NCBI GenBank assembly: GCA_021613535.1
Contig: CP075493.1
Span: 9,052,001 to 9,116,000 of the forward strand
Origin: Adineta vaga
Taxonomy: Eukaryota > Animalia > Rotifera
Reading direction: 5' to 3'
Length of the DNA: 64,000 bases
The position numbers were made by a program, and so were the translations under genes. The notes beneath the pieces were generated by a model that worked only from the letters and a program-made list of their open reading frames with translations, ran no database searches and was not told the DNA's origin. Below, piece by piece: positions 39,185 to 53,364 of this stretch (within the stretch, counting starts at the first letter, position 1; each line of letters opens with the position of its first letter).

Positions 39185-39424
39185 ATGACTGACCGTGAGA
39201 AATTAAGCGATACAAAACGAAAGGAATTCGACGCGAATTATGAACCAATTCGCAAACAACTTCCGAACTGTCCGAAATGCAACACAAATGTTGATGTTAT
39301 TCCAAGTGTACGCGGTAAACCATCACATGATTTGTTATTGTATGCTGAAGAAGGTCATGTGAGACTTTCTGGCTGTACTCAAAGTCACAAAGGATGGTGC
39401 AAAAAATGTGCACAATTCATTTAA
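39185..39424 (+). CDS. Small intronless zinc-ribbon-like protein (CxxC...GC...CxxC), 79 aa
   Basis: ATG-initiated ORF, visibly GC-richer than its flanks: CPKCNTNVDVIPSVRGKPSHDLLLYAEEGHVRLSGCTQSHKGWCKKC. Confidence 0.75.
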   Translation: MTDREKLSDTKRKEFDANYEPIRKQLPNCPKCNTNVDVIPSVRGKPSHDLLLYAEEGHVRLSGCTQSHKGWCKKCAQFI

Positions 39425-42400
39425 ATCTGTTTTTAAGCGTAAAAAAAACAAGAACTTGTTCCGTCGTTCTTTTTGTAAGAAAGTATTCGGGATAGAAATT
39501 AATTGAACTAAGTGATTTTGATTTTTACCGTCTCGTCATTCATTGTTCGATGACGAAGTTTCTGTCTATTTTTGTTTCTTAGAAAAGTAAAAAGAATGGC
39601 ATATATGTCGTTGTCTTCCAATCAAGTATTGTATCGGAGAATGAATCAACTTCCGGCAAGTTTTTGTTGAACAACGATGTATGATCAATTTTTCACTAAA
39701 TAGAAACATTAATTTACTACTTTCCCTTTTTTTTCCTTCTCTCTCTCTCTCTCTTTACACTACTTCGATGGACAACAAATTAAGAAGACGGATGTTTGCT
39801 TCTTTTTATCATCATTTTATAGTCTTCAATTACTTCTCATCTTAAGTATGTGAAATCTCTTCGAGACTGTCTGTACACATAGAACATGCGAATAACTCAT
39901 TGACACTTATCGTCAATAATCAACGGATGCTATCTATAGAGAAGCACTTGAAATAATAATATTAAAAGTTAATTGTAAGCATTTAGATATGGTATTCACT
40001 TGAAGATTACGTCAGAAGGAAGCGATAAATATTCAATAGTAGGATTAACTTCAAAGAATCTATTGCTATTTAAAAAAGTTTCAAATGATTAGAATAAAGA
40101 TTAACATATTTATTATACATAATCATAAAGAAGAAATTCTATCAGATGTAAAAATTTTTCAAGATAGATTTTCTTTTTGATCAAATAAACGATTAATTTC
40201 TGATCACTTACCTTGACACAAATGATATATATATATATATATCGAATAGAGCTCATATGTCCATCAAGTAACGGTTCATTGAGTATCAATTTGTCAAGAT
40301 TAAGGTTATAATAATAATTATATCTCGAGTCGTCTTCTTTATTTTATTACAAGCATTGATCGTTTCGAAGATATCCATTTGTATATCTTCTACTTGATCG
40401 GATTCTGCATATGATATACAGTTGATGTAATGTAAACAGCTGGTATGATGTGTATCAGTTAGATATCAAATGAATAGAAAAAAAATGGAACGATTAGACA
40501 TACAGATGCGTGTGAAATGATCATTAAGAATTAGTTGACGTTTGCTCTATAGTAAAGATGCGTGATGAAAATAATTCTTAGTTTAATCTCGATGATAGAA
40601 AAGAGCGTGAGAAGTTGAATGTCATCAATAAGTGTTGATAAACGTCAAAAGTATCTGATTGACAACAACAATGGTTGGAAATGAGCATCTATAATGAAAT
40701 CAGTTCAAAGATCATCGTCCTTTCTCTCCTTTTTTGTGTCCTACAATCAATGTCAAAAAATGGTACAGATCAAAGAAAAGAAGATGACAATTCCTCCTTT
40801 CTTCATGAACGTCGTCAGGACAGTCAAAGAGCCATTGGAGAGTTTTATTCACTAAGAATACAAAAGAATTCCGGATATAATTTGAATAGAAGATTCTGAT
40901 AGAATTATATCAAGAGATCACGTATATTTCAATAAAAGACTTCGACAAGAATATGTGTAAGAAAAACTAATGTATGACTTGTAATTGAATATTATGAAAT
41001 ATCAGTCTGTTGATATAATAGAAGAGGAGTGGACAAACATCGACTCATCTTACTCGATATACGTTCGAAAACTTACCAAAAAAAATGGAAGAAAATCTTA
41101 TACATCTGATCAATGTGACCTTATATTGATAATTAGATCGTCGGAAGAATAAATTACATCATAGCTCTGTTTTCAGCGCATTGAACAGACTAGTATTCGT
41201 CCTATGTTTTTTCTCCTATACACAACTACGGTACGGCGTGAAAGGACGTGATAGCGTCTGCATTTGGTTATTGAACAGTCAGTCAACTTTACCATCGTCA
41301 TTACTAAATAATGATCGATTCTTTGCCTTTCCTTCAACATCAATCGTTCTACTTGACTTGTGTTTACACATTTATTATACCCTTTTCGACTCTTTTGAGT
41401 TACTCCTCCTGTTGAGAATGAGCGGACCACCCGGTCCGTCTGGTAAATAGTCAATTTCCCCATCTCTCTCTCTCTCTTTCTATCAATATACACCTCATAA
41501 ATATGTTTTCTACATAAGTGTCAGACGTACGAAGAAAAAGAGAAATTGGAAAAAACTGTCTAGGTGTAGTATTGCTTGTCTATATATTACATTGACCATC
41601 TGTCTTTCTAGCACGTACATAAACAGGTAGTTTATAGAGATGTAAATTAATCGCTTGATAAAGCGGCTCACTTTCTTTTGTTCTTTCATGCGTTTAATTG
41701 TACTATCGTACTGATGTCGAAAATTGTTGGCACTAAGTGAGACCAATGGATAATTGTTTTTTGACTAGGTCAATACATCAACAATGATGTCTTTATACTA
41801 TTCAACGGTTCTCATACACTTTTGTTTGAAGTTTAAGTGTTATATATACATATAAACATGCGTAAAGAGAGCCATTAATCAACAATTAGATTTGTTTGTT
41901 CATAATACATTATTTCAAGACAAAAACTTACCTTAGTTATTTGAAAAATCATTGAATTGATGATGGTAATCGCTTAGTCGACGTTTGTCCGAGTATTAAT
42001 GAATGAACACCACGTATGACGCTTATGAGACGAAAAGAGAACGAGAAAAAGAAGAAGAAGAAGAAGAAAAATAGCTTTATCATCATCATCCTCATCATTG
42101 CAAAAGAAACAGAGAGAGAAAGAAAAAAGGAACATAGAAAGCAGAAAGAAAAAAAGACGGATAATCATTATTGATCGTTAGAAATTCGAAAATCGTTTAA
42201 TCAATGACAAAAAGAATATAAAAAAACACAATGAGAGAATTATCTGAAATAATCCTCTGACCTTGTCTCATGAATAATATTCACATGCATAGTTCATTGA
42301 TTTCTAGACAGATAAAAAACGAGTGAACAGTTGACATGCATTGATCTTTTCTATTTTCCTATATCAAGGACATGCAAAACGTTTAGGAATTTGTTTATGC

Positions 42401-45400
42401 CTAACATAATTAGAAATAGAAATGAATAAATCAAACGTTTAAACATGCATCGGGAAATGAATGTTTCTACTCGTTGAGTAAGAAATAAGCTATCGTTAGT
42501 AAACTTGATAAAGATGTTTTCTCTGGTATTAAGAGTTAACTATAAAAAAGAAGAAGGAAAATCGTAACTAAAATATATCCAAATGAAGCTTGTTCTATTG
42601 TGTAGAAATGACCTCGAAATTTGGCATAAAGAGATCGTGTGTGTCGAGGAAAAAAGCAATTTCTTAAAACGTATATTATTCTACTTTCCTTATTATTATT
42701 CCATTTAATCTTCGTTTCGTATCACACTGTCGAATTCCTATGTGTATACTCAGTTGCATGCATATAAATATAAAAGAAACTCAGTACTTCAATATCTGAA
42801 TACAAAACACAATCTTAATATTTATATTGAGAAATGTGAAAAACAGCGTTATCGAATTTATCGATTGTGAGAAAGTCTTAAACATGATTTTCTTTTGGAG
42901 AAAACATCAAAAGCTGCTGATTAGAATCGAAACATTCTTTTCAGAGAAATAGTTTCCTATTCATAATTTTAACAATAATGAAGGTGATTTATTTGTAGGA
43001 AAAATCTGGCATGCTAAGTTTTTTTTCTTGTACATGATTGAAATTAATCTATTCTTAATTAGACAAAGGACAAGGTCGTTAAAAAAAAGAAGAAATCGTT
43101 GTTACGTGATGATAAATGTCAGTTAAATACAAATCTACTATATTCGGATCCTTTTATGAATTTTGTGTCTAGTAGAAAAAAGAAGATAAATGTGACTTGT
43201 CATTGTGTTCATTTACTAGAATAATTTGAACTTTGTCGTTGATTAATGTTATAGATTCATGAAGTATTACAGAAATATATCATTAAAAAACCTATTTGAA
43301 CAACTCGGTCTGTCAATTTCGATTAGAATTCATCTTTATTTGACCATGAAATTGATAGATTTGAAACTTAGTTAATAAACTTTACATATTCATCTATAAA
43401 TCTGATATGTTTTGAAAGTTTATAAAGAACATTTCTTAACAAAAGCACACGATTTCATCATTTATTATATACATCTAACATAAAATGCGAAACTATAGTT
43501 TTATATAATGTATGTTGACATGCGAATATCAAGGGAATGAACAATTGTCAACATTGACAGTTAATTCATGTTTTGCATTCAATGCTCGTTGATTATCGAT
43601 ATTTTGCAAGTTTTGACAAACACAATTGAAGGTTATTTTTCTTTGTTATTATGATCGAGATGGAATTTTCTATGTAATGCTTATCTTCATTGCAATAGTT
43701 GATCAATATATATTACATTTCGAGTAGAAGTTCAATTATTTTTCAGAAAACATTCAAGGAAAAAAGTTAAAGTTACGACTGTCAATACGGATTCGAATAT
43801 CCTAAAATGCAATTATATTCAAATAATAATGTTGATGAAGATTAAATAAAAAGACTTCTTACTCATTCTTTTTGTATGAAGATACACAAAGTAGGAATAA
43901 AAATAAGAAATGAATATTTTAGGAATACAATTAATAACAGACATAAAACAACATACAATTAACAAATATTTTCAAAGTAAATCTAGTTAAATTATTACTT
44001 TGAAATAAATTTCACTTGATAGATTTTCTTTTTCTTATTCATTGAAAATACAGTATTCTAAGTGAAAGCCACTGCTTCTTTTTCGATTAACGATCAAAAA
44101 CAATCAAACAAAATAAGCAATTCTCATTGTACATTCAAATTTAACTTATTTAAGATTCGTTCTATCATTTTAAAACATTATGGAATCTTTTGGAAACTAC
44201 ATGAATTCGGACTACCACTTTCAGAGATAAACAAGTTATTCCATAATCATTTAAATCCATTATATACGTCAAGGCATTTCTAAATTGGGAAAAATTGAAA
44301 ATAATTATAGAAAAGAACATATCGATTTTTGAAAATTGCTAAATGATGAAAGTAAAATCATGCTTTAGAAAAGTTCGAAATAAACTCAAATTGTTGAGTA
44401 GAAAAAAACAGCATGTGATGTATCGATATTTTTCCTACCTAAGAGTTTTTTTGAAAAAATAAAGTAAAGAATTTCGGATCTAACAAAGAGCATCCTATCT
44501 TTACAAAAAATATCAAAGACACTTTAAATAGTTTTGCTAATTTATGATAGTTCATTTGATAAAAATGGTTTATGGATGATGAGTGCAGTTATTGTTCAAA
44601 CTGTCCTACAATTATATGACGTACAAAATTTTCATTTCATTATAAATAGATGAAAAGCAAATATATTCTTTACAAGAAAATAAAAATCATCCTATATTAA
44701 TACCTTATAGATTTATCTTTCTTTAAAATTCATTGAATAAATTTTCTATAACGTTAAGTTGTTCTACTTTATATTTAACTCTAGTTCGATATTTTATGAC
44801 ATAACACTGATTTCCTTTATTATATTTAGACAGTTTCATTCTACCGCATTATTTTCAAATGTTGAAGATCTTTTTAGCCATTCACTAAGGCTATTGAGTG
44901 TGTTAGTTAGTCGGTGATAATTGAGAACAAAACGTTCCTTTCATGAAATTGTTTTCAATGTTCATTAAAATTTAATTAATAACTTCTTTTTATGTAATTT
45001 CAAGTTTAATGACATACATTTAATAATTAAATAACTCATTATCTAAATTTAAAAGATAAAAAGAAGGAGAAGAAGAGATTTAAAAACCATATTATGAACT
45101 CATTCGACACAACTTCATTGCATTGATCTTTTTTAAGCTCATATGAAGTAAAGTAAAAATTAGAATTTTCAAAAATAATAGAAACAAGTTTTGCTTAGAT
45201 CAGATTGATAATTACCAACAAAGCTATTCTTTTTCATTACTTTCTATATAATTGAATTAGAAACAATAGTCCTTTCTTATAAATTGTTCTACGTCGTCAC
45301 TGTGACAGAGAATTTGATCGTTCTACTTGAGTATCAATTTATAAATCTATGTAATATTCGTTTTTTATATTGAAAAAACGTGTTCAGTTTTCATCACCAT

Positions 45401-45486
45401 CAATTTTCTTTTTTTATTCTAATCATTTGTTAAGGGAGCAGACAAATAATAGATTTTGATCAAAAGTGATCTATCGGAAACAAACA

Positions 45487-48400
45487 ATGCATCCAAAAAT
45501 CTTTTTTCAATGGCTTTATGGGCAAGGAAAGAGTTATAATCTTTTTATGCTCGAAGAACATGATTATCATGATGATAATGATGATGACAATGGACCACCA
45601 AATCCTGAAGCAATTCTTCAAGAACAAAAATATACAACTTGGTTGTATGTTATATTACTCATGGGTAAGTAAAATAATTTCGTTTCAATCGTTACTTACA
45701 TTCATTCTTAATACACTTTCCTTGAGTTCTTAGCACAAAATATGTGAATGTTTCTCGATTTTTACATCGATTGTTGTATCTCTACTGTTAAACTTGTATT
45801 AACTTGTTTTTCTCTTTTTCTGATCTATTTTTAGTGTCACTCTATGTTCTATTTTATATTACTTTGATGACACCACACTCTCAAACTATTACGGTTTCAT
45901 CTATAACTCCAAAGCTTTTCGAGCAACTTTATCTTGAACATCCCGAAACTCTTTCATGTCCTTGTTCATCAATATCATTATCACACAAAAAATTTATTTC
46001 AAATAGAATTACATTTCATCCAATTTGTTCAAGCATTTTCATCAGTAGACAATGGATAGAGGCACTTTACCTTATAGATGCAAGTGATAATGGAATACCA
46101 GATTTTCGAACAACAGCTAAATCGCAAGTAAATGAAAATTTATATATATATATATATAAAGAAATTTTTTTCGACGATTAACAAAGGCAATTAGGTTAGA
46201 TTATTGGAAGACGATCTAAAGAATACTGCTTCAGAAATGATCAACTTAGAAGAAGATGAACATTCGATAAAATCGACTTTATAGCATTAGCACGTTGCAT
46301 CGTAGCTAACATAGAGTGTGACTAAAATGGAAGAGAATTTTATGAAAGAATCAATGATTTAATTTTTATATAGTTTCAACTTCTGGCTGATCTATGCTCA
46401 ATGTCTATGGATACAGTCTCCTCAAACTCAAACGGATTTTGACAATGATGAATTTATAACGATAAATTTGCTTCCTGAAGAACAAATTCAATCGGAACTC
46501 AATGTTGCTATTAATAATGTCCAAAACAGTATATCTACTCGAATTATTTCGTTTCTTAACTATATCAGAATTTATGTTCGTTCCAATTATATTGCTTCAG
46601 CTCTCAATACAAATCTAATGCTGGCGACTTATCTTGATGGTAAGCAATATACTATTTATCAATTACAAACGCAATATACTCAAGATACAAGTATTAGTCT
46701 TTCAACAACACTGACAATGATGTGTGGTAGTCAAAATCCTATTATTCCAACAGGTTTCTTTCCAATACCAATCATTTATGGTATTTTTACGCGTAATCGA
46801 TGGCCAACTAATGTTGCAGATTTCATACCTGTCAAGGGATTTTATACAGCATGTACAGCTCTTGAAGCTCTTCTAGCCAGCACATTTGATTGTTTATATG
46901 ATATACGATGTATTCAATTACTTCCTACCAAATTTCCATCTCTCAATCTAGTTTGCATGATTCAATTGTATCTTTCTATTTTCATAATTCCTTTGTTTAG
47001 CGTGATTTCAATGTGACTAACTTAACTTTGGCTTCAAATCAACAAAATATCACAGTTTATGATCATTTACTTAAACTATTTATACAAGACTGGTCAACAG
47101 AAATAAGTTATCCGAAATATTTTAATGCATGTGCTCCAGCATCCTGTTCATATATCATAGAAAATGAAAGTAATCTTTCATATGCCTTTGCTATTTTCAT
47201 CAGTTTATACGGTGGTCTTATTATTATTCTTCGTTTGATGTCACCAGTCTTAATAAAAATTCTTTTGAAAATGAAACAATGTTTAACAGGCAGAATTGTT
47301 CATGTTGGTAATGTTTATGAAGCGAAAAAAAAGGATTATATAATCTTCTAAATGTAATTTCCATCTGATTTTGTAGTATTTCGAAACATGCATCCAAAGA
47401 AAGTCGTGAAATCAATCAAACAACTCAATTTATTCAAGAATATTGATCATCGTTCACCGGACGATATTAAACAACAGAAAATCACGACGCGTGTTTATTT
47501 ATTTCTATTAGCATGTATGATTAGTTGTTGATATTGATTAAAGATAATGCTCTTAGCATAATATTAAGAATAAGATCAACTGTATTTTATTCATCTCATT
47601 TCTATCAGGGATTTCACTTTTCAGACGTTATTAGGATAGCACTAATTCCATATTACTTTTTTACTCTACATAGAAAATGATTATATAAGAATTAGATACA
47701 CATGTATATCTACAAATTAATCAATTTCATTGTTTCACTAGGTTCATTTATGATTCTTATTACTTTTACATCTCTGGAAACTCAAGTAGTTTCCATAACT
47801 GTATCAAATCCATCATTAACTACATACAACAAATTAGAAAAATTATATTCAGATACACTTCGATGTCCTTGTTCTATCACAGCAGTACCTTATGATAGAT
47901 TCATGACATTATCTCCAACTTTACATCAAATATGTTCAAGTGATTTTGTCAAAGATCGTTGGCTTACAATAGTACAAAGTGCAGCTGATTATACTACTGA
48001 AGATTGGCGTAATCGAGCTTATTCACAACATCAGCTGTTGTCTCATCTTTGTCAATTAGCTAGAAATACAATTGATGATGCTGTTCAACAGTTTCTTTTA
48101 CAATCTTTTATCGTTTCAAGTGTTCTTTCACAATCCGAATTCAATACACAATTAAATGCAACACTCAATCAACTTTTTGAAGTTACAATTCATTCCTTTG
48201 GTTCTCTTATTGATATAGCAGCTCTGTTTACTCAAGTCGATCAACCGTATTTAGGAGCACGAAAACCCAATTGGGAAGCTGTTCCAGATAAATTCCTAAC
48301 AGGAGATATATTCGCAAGTAATGGAACTAAAAATCAATCAATGCGGGTATTTCTTTTCTCTCATATTAACTGTTTTGTTTAATTAGAAAAAGCTCTTGAT

Positions 48401-51400
48401 AAACGAAGAAAAAAAAATTGCTTCTATATTCATGATTAATAATAAATTCTCTTGTTTTCCATAGGTAGTATTTAATTTATTTGGAACTACTTATGTTAAT
48501 TTATCATCAGTCAATTGTATTTGTGCCAAGAACTCTGCTTGTCAAACTCCTGTTGCTGTTTATCAAATGGATAGTATTTGGAATTCTCGTATACATGCCT
48601 ATATCAGTTATATAGTACCAGGTGCAATTAGAAGTTGTTCAACATATAGTTCATTGATGTTTTCACAATTACTATGTTTTTATTCAAATACAAGTTGTTT
48701 TTCTATTCTAATCAATTATATAAAAGATACTTATTATCAAAATGTTGAATTTTCCACCTGGTTTGATCCTAATCCACTTGTTTATGATCCAAAATCAAGT
48801 CGTTATCCTCCAGATACAACAGTTTCAACAATAGTAGAACAAATCATGATCGAACGATGGAATCCATCATATTCATATAAGGATTTCTATCAAATATGTG
48901 CACCAAAGTCTTGTACTTATTATCAAAGAGCTAATGCAAAATCTATTTTTGAAGTAATCATCACATTTATTTCTATGATTGGCGGTCTTACTCTTGCATT
49001 AAAATTAATTACACCACTATTTATCAAATTGATTGGTGGTCTATTGACAGTTATTGTTCGAAAACCACGACAAAAAATAGAACAAACAGGTAAAATCTTG
49101 ATTATTTTAATATCATAAGCAGTATTGTAGAAGGAATTTTTTTTTTCTAGTCACAATTCGTCGTAGCACATCTGATCAAATGAAGACAACTGTGAAAAAC
49201 GTTGTCGTATATGTTTATGATCAAGCAATTAATATGAACATATTCTCAATGCGAGATCTAGGAAGTAACATCGATCGAAATACTGCTAAACAACTTGGTA
49301 AATGGGCAACACGTCTTCATATTGCTTTATTTATTGTTGGTCTTGCTATTCTCACATTGCATACTAGTATTCAACCTCAAACTGTAACAAGAATTTTCAA
49401 TAAGCCATCGTTCAATTCATATAATAAGCTCAGAAAAGAATATGGAGATCAATTGAAATGTTCATGTTCAGTTATTGCATCGAAATACAACCAATTTGTT
49501 CAAATTGAACCCATATATCATCAAGTGAGACACAAATAGTCGGAAAGAAAACGAAATGTTCCATTTCTAATATATTTCATTACAGATTTGTAAAAGTCAG
49601 TTCACATCTGATCAATGGCGAAATGATGTTACAAGTGGTTTGACTAGTAATCTTTCGATGTATGAACAAAGAGATTATCGTCGTTTTCTTTCTGCTCATT
49701 TACAATATCTTCAAGGTTTATGTCAACTTTCAATTCGATCTATCGACAATGCAATTGAACAATTTCTTACGTCATTATTTATTACAAATGAACTTTTATC
49801 AAATGATACTTTTCATGCACGTCTTAGTTTCTTAATTGAACAAGAGAAATCAAATGCTCCGAATACATTCATTCGTCTGTTCTTTTTAATGCGAAGTATT
49901 AATCAAGGAAATGCATATGTAACAACATATGGAACAAATTTTGAATATGTTTCTCCATGGTTTGCTGACACAACATACTATCCTGTTTTTTTGAGTAGAG
50001 CAATCATCTATGATAATAATTGTTCTTGTGGAATACATTCAAATTGTACCGTTCCAGCAAATATTATTGGAGTAAACGGTACTGTTATAAGTTCAGTCAA
50101 AGGTTTGAAAATGGGTTGTACACCAAGTGAATCTTTGCATTCGTCCACTCTCGAATGTTTTTATAATCAATCTTGTATTAACTTACTTAAACTATCTACT
50201 GATTCAATACTTCAAATGAATTCTTCGACTCCTCTCTCAATAACGATGAGTCGATTCTTGATGAATACAACCGTGACTGAACTTATGAATGAACTGTTTG
50301 TTGAACAATGGGTACCATCAATCAATTATACGTCTTATTTTGAACACTGTTTACCTCTATTATGTTCGTATATTTACGATGAACCATTTAATATACTTTA
50401 TTTAGTCACTGTTATCATTGGTCTTCAAGGTGGTCTCACAATTGTTCTTGCCTGGATTTGTCCTAAATTCATTCGAATTCTAGCAAATTTAAATAAGTAT
50501 CGAAAGAAACGATTAAATGTAATCCAAGCTGAATCATCTGTTCAAACGACAACTACGGACATTGATACCATACATACTACTTCATGTATTATGCTCAATC
50601 AATGCCACGACATGTTCCGTCTGAGTATAATTTCATTTTTTGTTTTCTTTTTTAAATTGTGTATCGTTGTTGCATTTAGAAAAAGAGTTGAATCACTAAA
50701 TCGAAGACGTATGAAAATCATTTTGTCATGTTTAGTAGTGTTGATTTTAATAATCGCTCTCATCTTATTCTCGTTTTACATCAATCGAGTAAGAAAGCAA
50801 GATACGATTTCAACAAGTAAAATATAATTGGAACTTGTTTCATGTATATAAATCAATTTTTTTCCTTTTTTAGCAACTGCATCAACAATGTCGACTAGTC
50901 TTGTAACAAGCAAAATGACGACAAGTACAACAACAACAACAACAATGACAACTTCAACTACCCACAGTAAATATTTGATCGTTGTTTTTTTCTAATAATT
51001 TTCTTCTATATTTTCATTCAGTGCCCATTTGTCAATTACAATTTCAAGCAACAATCAGATATAAAACTGGTTCTACTGCTGGTCTCAAATCACCTGTCGT
51101 TGCTGATTTCAATGGTGATAATCTACTTGACATCGCTTTTTTCAATTATGGTACTAGTAGTATCCATGTACTGATTGGAGATGGAAGAGGAAATTATACA
51201 GCAGAATTTAGGACTATAGTACAAAAATTTACTACTTGGTATTTTAGCATGGCAGTTGCCGATTTTAATAACGATAGACTAAGCGATATTGTATTGACCA
51301 GTGAGAATAAAGCTTTTGTGTATATAATATTGGGAAATGGTAATGGGACGTTTCGATCATTTACAACATATTTTATGGGAGATACTGTTAATTTAAGAGG

Positions 51401-52157
51401 AATTGTCGCGTATGATTTTAATGGTGACAATAATACAGATATTGCTGTTTCTGCTCCCGGATATAATCTTATTATTATCTTGTTAGGAAATGGTGATGGA
51501 ACATTCTCAAATAAGACAACATATTTCGCTGGACGTAATGCAAATCCATCATCAGTCGATATGGCTGACTTCAATGGTGATGGTCATCAAGATATTTGCT
51601 ATAATAATATTGTGACACGAGGTGTGGGTGTTTTACTTGGAAGAGGTGATGGAACCTTTGAAGATCAGAAAGCATCTTTTGTTGGTGGTTTTTATCAACC
51701 ATCTTATATTGCTGTTGGTGATTTCAATGCTGATCAACGACCAGATGTTGCAGTTTCTTATAGTGGTGGGAAAAGTCTTGGTGTTCTTTTAGGTTATGGA
51801 AATGGAACATTGACTTCAGTAGAAAAATTTCCTGTTGGTAATAAAACATTTTATATACGAATTAGTGCTGGTGATTTTAATAATGATGGTATTTGGGACA
51901 TTGTTGCTAATCCTACTGCAAGATCCGTTATATATGTTTTAGTTGGATATGGTGATGGAAATTTTGATACACAAATGATTTTTTCTGCAAACATGACAGG
52001 TGGTTACACATGGGTTGTTCCTGCTGATTTTAATAATGACGGTTGTCAAGATATACTCGCTACGGATGATCAGGCTGGTGCGGTATTTGTTCTAATGAAT
52101 TCGTGTGCATGTCAAACAACTCCAATTATCAGAAAGAATACAACCATGAGACCTTAA
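45487..52157 (+). CDS. Large multi-pass membrane protein: three tandem TM/Cys-rich loop/TM repeats, a seventh TM, a Thr-rich stalk and an FG-GAP/VCBS propeller; one apparent +1 frameshift
   Basis: Three homologous units, each NLF...TR.Y..L(TM)...LxCxCS...HxICxSxF...W...DxR...QxLxxLC...W....Y..Y...CxPxxCxY...GGL(TM). The last exon (51022-52157) has seven DFNGD/DFNND-type repeats. Frameshift at ~46417-46440. Confidence 0.8.
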
Positions 52158-53364
52158 TTCTTATCAACATTTGCAAGTTTTCATGATTATATTTTCTAAT
52201 TCTTTACTATTTACTACTTTATTTTAAACTCTCATCATAGATTTTAAACCTAACTGAAAATAATCTCCTTTACAAATCAATAAAAAGTAAATAATTTCAC
52301 AGCAAACTAAAAACAATGATTCATTCTACCTACTAGTAATGATCACGGTAATGTTTTCATAAAAATCATCAAAAATAATTTGCAAGAAATTTTCGGAAAT
52401 AAAGTCTCATCGAAGTTATTTTGTTGGGAAGATAATTACATTAATTTTGAATAGCTTTGCATTCTTTCATTAGAAAGAGCATTTTTTCATGTTAAAAATT
52501 ATTGTTTGAATCATTTTTTTCAATATTTTGATTAGTCAAAACTGTTTCACCTTCAAATAATTCAATCTCTCGCCTACCTAACGAAAAACCATAAAATCAT
52601 TAATTAAATTGAACGACCATTTCGTTCTCCTTTTTTCACCTTCTATCTAAATGATGTATTCCTCTTTTCTATTAATTATGACATGTAATAACGCTAAATA
52701 CGTGTGAAAAAAACCCTGATATATGTCTCAATCTACCTTCATGTCTTTAAAGAAAATAACTCGGTAGACTTCCATCAGATAAGCAATACCTTGAAGTGTG
52801 ACTAAATATTGCTTGTATAAACAATTTTAAACATCAACTGATGACGAAAATCTTCAAACATGACATTTTGTTCTTTTTTTTCTAAGTATAAGCAATGATA
52901 TTATCATATATTTTAAATAACACATTAACTAAATTGCCTTCACTGATATTTGATGTACTATACAAGATTTCGTTATCGACTTAAAATTGAAAAAAAACTA
53001 ATTACAAACATCTGATCATCATGATTAACTTTTATTTAAAAAGAAAAAGGTATTCCCATATAGATTGTTATTGATTTAATCATTAGATCGCGGCAAAGCG
53101 ATGATCTTGTCGCTTTTTTTTCATCACAGTAGGACAATTATTCTATCCTTAAGGTTGAGATAACAACTGATCATTTGATTTGCTTGTTATTTTAAATTTT
53201 ATTGCCAACAAGAAAGGAGGATGACACTGTTCAAGGGCAAGCAAATTAGAAAATAAAGTATTGGAATTGAAGAAATACTATACACGCATTACACACACAA
53301 CAATAACACGAAAGAAAGAAAAAAAAAGAGAGAAGAAATGAAAACGAATCAAAACACAGAAATT

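Noticed and set aside
41173-41746. Overlapping 78-106 aa ORFs on both strands
   Set aside because: No domain signature or splice-consistent structure; kept only as a possible regulatory patch.
44062-44620. Possible decayed gene or transposon remnant
   Set aside because: No transposase or RT motifs, terminal repeats or target-site duplications could be identified by eye.
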